The notes under the pieces were generated by a model. It searched no databases, was not told the DNA's origin, and was given only the letters and a program-made list of their open reading frames with translations. A stretch of DNA of 64,000 nt, from IMG/VR virus record IMGVR_UViG_3300030333_003379, positions 33,524-97,523 of that record. The stretch is one strand, 5' to 3'. Shown here one piece after another: positions 58,902 through 64,000 of this stretch (within the stretch, counting starts at the first letter, position 1; every line of letters begins with the position of its first letter). The stretch is from a virus. The translations under genes and the position numbers were made by a program.

Positions 58902-60685
58902 CTAAGACCACCCGTATCGGGTGGTGTTTCATCATCATCTTCGTCATAATTGATACCTGTCCATGGTAGTTCGCCTAATGAAGATACATAATCCAGAAGT
59001 TCTTTACCAGACATTGATTCCATATCTGGGCGTTCTCCTGTTTTCCATTCGACCAAATCTTCTGTATCTTCCCACGGTCTTAATTGCATATACTGATTAT
59101 TGCGAATGGCAGAATCACCAGAAGTGTAATCATCCATGAATCTTCTCTTGCCCCCACAACCCGGACATTCACCTGCCCTGCGGTGCATATCATATTTTTG
59201 TGCGCCACTATGGATAATTTCTTGTCGTGAAGGATCCCAATTCACTTCACTATACCCTGCTCTACCCGTAGCGGGGCTATAATCCACAATGTTGCGCTTT
59301 CCTGTTCCAACAAATGACGGATTCCACATACTTACAGTATCATAATATCTGGGATTGTTTTCTGGGTCGTCAATATGCTCTTGCGCTCTTGGGCTATGTG
59401 ATTCATGATCTCTCTTTTCTCTCGGTGTGTATAATGCCCTACAACTCGGACAGAAGGTGGCTCGTTGGGTATCTCTCATTGCCCCTATACCTGCTTTAAT
59501 GGCACTTCGCTGTTGTTCATCACGATCAAAGAAGAGTGGGCTATGCCTATCTGCTTCATCACCCATAACCATCCTAAATGCTGATGGGCCACCTTCCATT
59601 GGACTATACTGATGGTGGCGATATCCACCAAACGGCAATATACCATATCCTTCATCATCCCATATCTGCCCTGCATCATCTAGCACATCATCCCAGAATG
59701 AACGCCCACCCCTTTCTGCGATACCGTGTTTTTGTTGATATTCCAAATAGGGACATTCATTGGGATTGTGATGCCCATATGTGCTAGTAGCACCTTCTGG
59801 TAATGGGGCGCAATAAGGGCAGATTTGGGTTCTTTGGTTGTAATCACCCATCCAATCTTGTCGGTCTGGGTCTTTTCTCCCAAACCCTGCTTCATTTTTC
59901 TCATACTGCTTTGGGTCAGGACTTGGGGCTAGATCATTACTAAACCATCTCCCATTTTCTTCCCATGAATCATCTGCAATCAATTTACCATATCTTTCCA
60001 ACATTTCTTCTGTGGTTAAACGGGGATAAAATCGCTCAAAGGGTCGGATTTCATCACCAAACTCATCCATTTTTCCACTTCTCCTGTGGCGACCCGTATC
60101 GGGGTCATATACTCTTGATAGCATACCCGGATAGGGGTCAGGTCTTTGGTGAAGATTACCATGTTCATCAGTCCACTCGTATGGATAATTCTCTAATGGA
60201 TAGGGAACATCCTCACCATGCCTAAGATATGGTGGTGATACCCAATCCTTACCTGCGGGGGTTTGAAGTGGCTCATGCAACATACCACCAGCATTTGGGC
60301 AGAATGGTCTCGTTCTGCCCAATCTTACACTATATTGTTCATCAGGGGGATTGTCGGGAAACAATTCCATTTCTGTATCAGGGTCATAAACATCTTTCAT
60401 TGCTATTGCCCTATCCAATTGCTCTCTTGATAGATGATTAGCCGGGGTGTAGTTCTCAAGATCTCCATCCAGAATCTTATCCCTTACGATGTTATCATAT
60501 CCTCTGCTTGCAAATCTATCAAGAATATCCCTTATGATGGGGTTTCCAATGCGACTACCTCTCTCATAGTTAAACCGGGGAACAGATTGGGTTTCCCACC
60601 CATGCACATTTTCTGGAAATAATTCAAACACAGATGAGTCATAATCCTTCTGGATTATATTCCATGCTTGATTAAACGCACTCAT
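58898..60685 (-). CDS. Tagged hypothetical protein with several CxxC motifs (595 aa; MSAFNQAWNIIQK)
   Basis: N-terminal tag; CPYC, CPSC and CPGC. Confidence 0.65.
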   Translation of the reverse strand: MSAFNQAWNIIQKDYDSSVFELFPENVHGWETQSVPRFNYERGSRIGNPIIRDILDRFASRGYDNIVRDKILDGDLENYTPANHLSREQLDRAIAMKDVYDPDTEMELFPDNPPDEQYSVRLGRTRPFCPNAGGMLHEPLQTPAGKDWVSPPYLRHGEDVPYPLENYPYEWTDEHGNLHQRPDPYPGMLSRVYDPDTGRHRRSGKMDEFGDEIRPFERFYPRLTTEEMLERYGKLIADDSWEENGRWFSNDLAPSPDPKQYEKNEAGFGRKDPDRQDWMGDYNQRTQICPYCAPLPEGATSTYGHHNPNECPYLEYQQKHGIAERGGRSFWDDVLDDAGQIWDDEGYGILPFGGYRHHQYSPMEGGPSAFRMVMGDEADRHSPLFFDRDEQQRSAIKAGIGAMRDTQRATFCPSCRALYTPREKRDHESHSPRAQEHIDDPENNPRYYDTVSMWNPSFVGTGKRNIVDYSPATGRAGYSEVNWDPSRQEIIHSGAQKYDMHRRAGECPGCGGKRRFMDDYTSGDSAIRNNQYMQLRPWEDTEDLVEWKTGERPDMESMSGKELLDYVSSLGELPWTGINYDEDDDETPPDTGGLR

Positions 60686-60945
60686 TTCTTATCCCTCAAG
60701 TTTCGTGCTAATTGGCAGCCAAGCCGTATCTTTGAAGTGGATTGCTCATTCCAGAAGGAGTCATGCTCAAGACCAAATCGCTTCTCGATATGATTACATA
60801 ACTCCCTTCTAGTCATCTTGCGAAAGTCCTCATCAATATCAATACCGAGTATCACAGGTGTTTCTGGGTGTTTCAGCATAGAATCCAGAATTACATATGC
60901 CCAACCCATGAGGGTTATCAAACCACGAATAAGCCATTGAAACAT
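60682..60945 (-). CDS. Small protein with an N-terminal hydrophobic helix (87 aa), untagged
   Basis: MFQWLIRGLITLMGWAYVIL; in operon. Confidence 0.6.
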   Translation of the reverse strand: MFQWLIRGLITLMGWAYVILDSMLKHPETPVILGIDIDEDFRKMTRRELCNHIEKRFGLEHDSFWNEQSTSKIRLGCQLARNLRDKK

Positions 60946-60948
60946 TTC

Positions 60949-61500
60949 TCATCCGCCCCTGTAAAGCCCCCGTTGAAACATTATATCAAGTAAATGCCTA
61001 TTATCTTGTTTATCTTCTGGTAATGCAGCCCTATTACGAGATCCAGCAAAGTCAATGACTTCCAAATACTTGGGGTCTATTCTATCACGAGTTCGTTGGT
61101 GATCATGCGCCCATTCCCAATTTCTGACCCATCTACCTTCATTATCGGGTTTAATGGCTATCATAACGGGGTCATCAATCATATCAGCATACATTTCCAT
61201 ATCATCAAACACATCCCCATCAGCATCTATTGCCCAAGTCCAATTTCCTTCATACAAATCATCAGTATCACGATAACCTGCATTTCGTGCTATTTCATCC
61301 AATTCTTCAATGGTGAAATCGTGCATACTATGGTCTATGATAGGTTGGGATGCGGGATGGACACCCTTGCCACTACCCATTAAGGCTGGATTTAGCCCTT
61401 CACGCATAATACCGGGAACATTATCTCGGTGTGTAAAGTGGTATGCGAAGGGATAGGGTCTGCCCTTGACCACAAGCCATGCAGTATCAAAGGCGGTCAA
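60949..61500 (-). CDS. Tagged ADP-ribosyltransferase-fold protein (TTG start; [M]TAFDTAWLVVK; 183 aa)
   Basis: AYHFTHRDNVPGIMREGLNP...RIDPKYLEVI; TTGA overlap with the upstream stop. Confidence 0.7.
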   Translation of the reverse strand: MTAFDTAWLVVKGRPYPFAYHFTHRDNVPGIMREGLNPALMGSGKGVHPASQPIIDHSMHDFTIEELDEIARNAGYRDTDDLYEGNWTWAIDADGDVFDDMEMYADMIDDPVMIAIKPDNEGRWVRNWEWAHDHQRTRDRIDPKYLEVIDFAGSRNRAALPEDKQDNRHLLDIMFQRGLYRGG

Positions 61501-62096
61501 TCTTCCACCACCGTTGAAATCAATTTGCGAGGGGCGTGTATTGGGTCTAAATCGGCTTCTTTGAAGGCTTCGTTGTTCACCTTCTCCCAACCACCATAAG
61601 TCAAAGGTTCGTCAATCGGTATGTCGGGCGCATATACAACTTCAAGGTATTCTGGAGGGATGGTTTCGTTTGAATGCAACCCATAGGTATTTCGCCTCAT
61701 TGGGAATTGGTCGGACACACGGATTATCGCAGGGCGGTTGATTTCATCGGTGATAAACGGCTCTCGCATAAAATGAATATCGGCAATCCCATGCCCCGTT
61801 TTTTCTTTGGATTCTTGCCTTAACTTCCTTTTCAATTGCTGATTCCCTGCCCTTCGTGCATAATCATGGGCGGTTTCGGCAAATTGGGTCATATACACTC
61901 TCGGTAAATCACCATAATAGTCGGTATCAGGATCACGGATGAAGCGATTGCTCATTTCTTGCGCCCATTCATCGTCTTTGCGTCTATGAGTATGCGTTGG
62001 CTTCAAACCATGTTCCATAATGTCGGCAACACGGTCTTGCGTAGTGCCGTGATAAGGCATTTTGAGCAAGTCCCAAGCGGTATCGAAGGCGGTCAA
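61497..62096 (-). CDS. Tagged ADP-ribosyltransferase-fold protein (TTG start; [M]TAFDTAWDLLK; 199 aa)
   Basis: PYHGTT...IMEHGLKP...RVYMT...PAIIRV...TIPPEYLEVV; TTGA overlap. Confidence 0.75.
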   Translation of the reverse strand: MTAFDTAWDLLKMPYHGTTQDRVADIMEHGLKPTHTHRRKDDEWAQEMSNRFIRDPDTDYYGDLPRVYMTQFAETAHDYARRAGNQQLKRKLRQESKEKTGHGIADIHFMREPFITDEINRPAIIRVSDQFPMRRNTYGLHSNETIPPEYLEVVYAPDIPIDEPLTYGGWEKVNNEAFKEADLDPIHAPRKLISTVVED

Positions 62097-62920
62097 TATC
62101 CTTCCCTCCATACGGGTTTTCCATCAATAGTAAGATAATTTGGATTGGCGGAATGTGGCTCAATCGCTTCAAGGAAGTTCTGCATACCCGGTCTTTCGTG
62201 GTCTATATGGCTCATAAACTCCAACAATCTGCTTGCTGGTATTTCTATTCCCCACCTATCCAAATCCGTTTGTAATTTTTCACCGGGATCGTCTGCCGTT
62301 GCCGGCCAATAATCCGTAGGCTCGCTCAAACCCATATCAATATCAAACATTCTCCAATTGCCCGTTTGATCTACTCCCCAATTGCTATTTTGCCTATCAG
62401 CGACTATATGATTCAAAGGAATATCAGCAACGCCCTTTGTAGGGCGGTTGCTATTTTGCTCACGATACGAAGCCGCACCAACATCATCTCTCGCAAGCCA
62501 AGGTTGAAGGAAATATCTATCATCCACATTATATTCCGAAACAACAGGGAAACCCAAATCTTCTAACTCTTGAATTAGATTTTTACCATGATATTCATCA
62601 CCAAAGCGATTATCAACATCAAAAATATCTTGCCACGGATCACCTTTATCTTCACCTGTTATGCTAGAATACACAGAACGGGGGAGTTTCACCACAAAAT
62701 TATGATTATCTGGATGGGGGAGAACATATTTCATCGTTTGACCCGATGGGTAATCCTCATAACCCACATAATCTGGTTCTGTTTGCCCTGTATCTTCAAG
62801 CCATTGTTGGGATATTCGGGTTAAATCATTATCACTAAGCCTTGGTAAAGCCCTTGCCTGATACCTCCAACCCGGATTATACTCCTTGAGTAAAGCGAAA
62901 GCGGTATCGAATGCGGTCAT
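62093..62920 (-). CDS. Tagged kinase-like protein, HipA/PI3K-like catalytic motifs (275 aa; MTAFDTAFALLK)
   Basis: FVVKLP (Lys), ADRQNSNWG (DxxxxN loop, 62381-62398), MFDIDMG (Mg-binding). Confidence 0.65.
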   Translation of the reverse strand: MTAFDTAFALLKEYNPGWRYQARALPRLSDNDLTRISQQWLEDTGQTEPDYVGYEDYPSGQTMKYVLPHPDNHNFVVKLPRSVYSSITGEDKGDPWQDIFDVDNRFGDEYHGKNLIQELEDLGFPVVSEYNVDDRYFLQPWLARDDVGAASYREQNSNRPTKGVADIPLNHIVADRQNSNWGVDQTGNWRMFDIDMGLSEPTDYWPATADDPGEKLQTDLDRWGIEIPASRLLEFMSHIDHERPGMQNFLEAIEPHSANPNYLTIDGKPVWREGY

Positions 62921-63390
62921 TCGTCATCACCCCTTTGCCAGAGTGAATATCCATCTCTACCCTCATTTGGGTCAGCATTTCTTGCTAACAACCATTCTTC
63001 TATATCGTTTTGAATCCAAGCCTGATAATCATCTTCATCTTCTCCGGGTGAGATTTCCCTCCCTTGATACACAATTTCCATCATTTCGGGGGGTATTCTT
63101 TCACCATAAACCACCGACTCTGCCCCTTCTTCATCCATTATTGTGGGCATTTCATCAGAGATGTGAATAATTGCTGGCCCACCCCTATCGCTTCTTACTT
63201 GAGCGAACTCACCTGCATAGGTAGGCCCCCTTGAGGCAAAAGATACACGATCAGGATAATCGGGGTTATTCCTAAACCACGGATGGGTGTGAGGGCGTAA
63301 CCCCCCTCTCATAATCTGTTTTGCATTCCAAGCACCTGTGCCGTGAAAAGGCATTTTCAGCAACTCCCATGCGGTGTCGAAAGCATTCAT
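62917..63390 (-). CDS. Tagged ADP-ribosyltransferase-fold protein (157 aa; MNAFDTAWELLK)
   Basis: PFHGTG...IMRGGLRP...VSFAS...PAIIHI...RIPPEMMEIV. Confidence 0.75.
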   Translation of the reverse strand: MNAFDTAWELLKMPFHGTGAWNAKQIMRGGLRPHTHPWFRNNPDYPDRVSFASRGPTYAGEFAQVRSDRGGPAIIHISDEMPTIMDEEGAESVVYGERIPPEMMEIVYQGREISPGEDEDDYQAWIQNDIEEWLLARNADPNEGRDGYSLWQRGDDE

Positions 63391-63665
63391 TCGCCATCAC
63401 CCCACATTTCTAACCATTCCCACGGATCTATGTGTTGCCACATTTCTCGGTGGCGTTTTCCAAGTAGTTCAGCCAAACCATCAGGCCAATGCGAATCTTT
63501 ACCTGTCTGCATTCCTCCCGTTGGGTCATCATCAAAATGATAAGCATAAGGAGAGGCGATTAACCAACTCAAGTAGCCATCGGCATCATCCCTGTTCTCA
63601 ATGGGGTAGCGAGCAGGGGCTAATGGGTCTTTCACCACTAACCATGCGGTGTCGAAAGCGGTCAT
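63387..63665 (-). CDS. Tagged small hypothetical protein (92 aa; MTAFDTAWLVVK)
   Basis: Start revised to the ATG at 63665 (ATGA overlap). Confidence 0.7.
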   Translation of the reverse strand: MTAFDTAWLVVKDPLAPARYPIENRDDADGYLSWLIASPYAYHFDDDPTGGMQTGKDSHWPDGLAELLGKRHREMWQHIDPWEWLEMWGDGE

Positions 63666-64000
63666 TGATTCCAACCCCTTTCTGCAAGCCTTGCGTTCAA
63701 TGTTGCACCGTCTGGTAACTGTTCCCATTGATAATCAGGATTTCTATTCGCCAAATTACCCAACGATTGACCCATTAAATCTGGCTCTATCATCATAAGA
63801 CCTGTTTTCTCATCGAGAACAGGCTTTTGACTCATGTTAGCATGACGGGGTATATCGGGGTGGTCGCCCTTAATCCACCATGTATCTCCCATACCGAACT
63901 TATCCTCTGTATCAATACCGCCAAAGCCATACCAACCACCTTTACGCTTGTATGCCGGCTTTCCATCTACCATACTTCTAGAACTGCCTGTTGATTGATA
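63662..64000 (-). CDS. 3' part of a gene starting beyond the right window edge
   Basis: Frame open from 64000 to the TGA at 63662. Confidence 0.65.
   Translation of the reverse strand, partial: YQSTGSSRSMVDGKPAYKRKGGWYGFGGIDTEDKFGMGDTWWIKGDHPDIPRHANMSQKPVLDEKTGLMMIEPDLMGQSLGNLANRNPDYQWEQLPDGATLNARLAERGWNQ

Larger units (their letters stand above)
61477..63665 (-). repeat. Five dispersed ~24-nt direct repeats encoding the tag at successive gene starts
   Basis: Copies at 61477-61500, 62073-62096, 62897-62920, 63367-63390 and 63642-63665. An 18-nt stretch is identical at 63367-63384 and 63642-63659. Confidence 0.8.
1..64000 (-). mobile_element. Segment of a tailed archaeal virus genome (Caudoviricetes, siphovirus-like; probably Marine Group II 'magrovirus'-like)
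   Basis: Contiguous terminase-portal-protease-HK97 MCP-adaptor-tail tube-chaperone-tape measure module. No host housekeeping genes. GGTGA SD motifs precede many starts. Group II chaperonin present. Host assignment is inference. Confidence 0.9.

Noticed and set aside
60949-63728. ORF-track N-terminal extensions (61590, 62111, 63728; also 52529, 51994, 14254)
   Set aside because: The extensions overlap upstream genes. The revised starts coincide with SD motifs or stop/start overlaps and, for tagged genes, put the tag at the N-terminus.
60949-64000. Diversity-generating retroelement or integron-type cassette array
   Set aside because: No reverse transcriptase, TR/VR pair with adenine-specific differences, attC-like palindromes or integrase seen in the window. 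The repeats are coding N-termini.

Overview
The whole window looks like one segment of a tailed dsDNA virus (HK97-type head, non-contractile tail, no sheath gene seen). The host is probably archaeal: GGTGA-type ribosome-binding sites, BRE/TATA-like promoters and a group II chaperonin. The gene set fits viruses of Marine Group II/Poseidoniales ('magroviruses'), but that assignment is inference. Almost everything is transcribed on the minus strand. From right to left: (i) ~49.5-64 kb, an accessory array of enzymes (four ADP-ribosyltransferase-fold proteins, a HipA/PI3K-like kinase, a HEXXH metalloprotease, a C5 cytosine MTase, a Dam-like MTase fused to a GP88-like domain), interrupted by a plus-strand thermosome and followed by a plus-strand HMG-CoA lyase; (ii) ~44.4-48.1 kb, an RHH-headed operon with membrane proteins and an Arf/Sar1-like small GTPase; (iii) ~35.3-44.4 kb, a TerS-like gene and large low-complexity proteins; (iv) terminase, portal, scaffold-like proteins, a ligase-like fusion, prohead protease and major capsid protein; (v) adaptor, tail terminator, tail tube, tail assembly chaperone with a -1 slippery site, tape measure and LamG-containing tail proteins. 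The standout pattern is a shared ~10-aa peptide, A-F-x-x-[AG]-W-x-x-[LVI]-K, found at or near the N-terminus, or at an internal domain boundary, of 11 otherwise unrelated proteins, plus 2-3 weaker variants. It ends in the same hydrophobic-x-Lys motif that studs the capsid, protease and scaffold proteins. My hypothesis is a capsid-targeting and maturation-cleavage tag that loads a modular, shufflable set of effector enzymes into the virion. All functional calls come from reading motifs by eye; no database searches were run.
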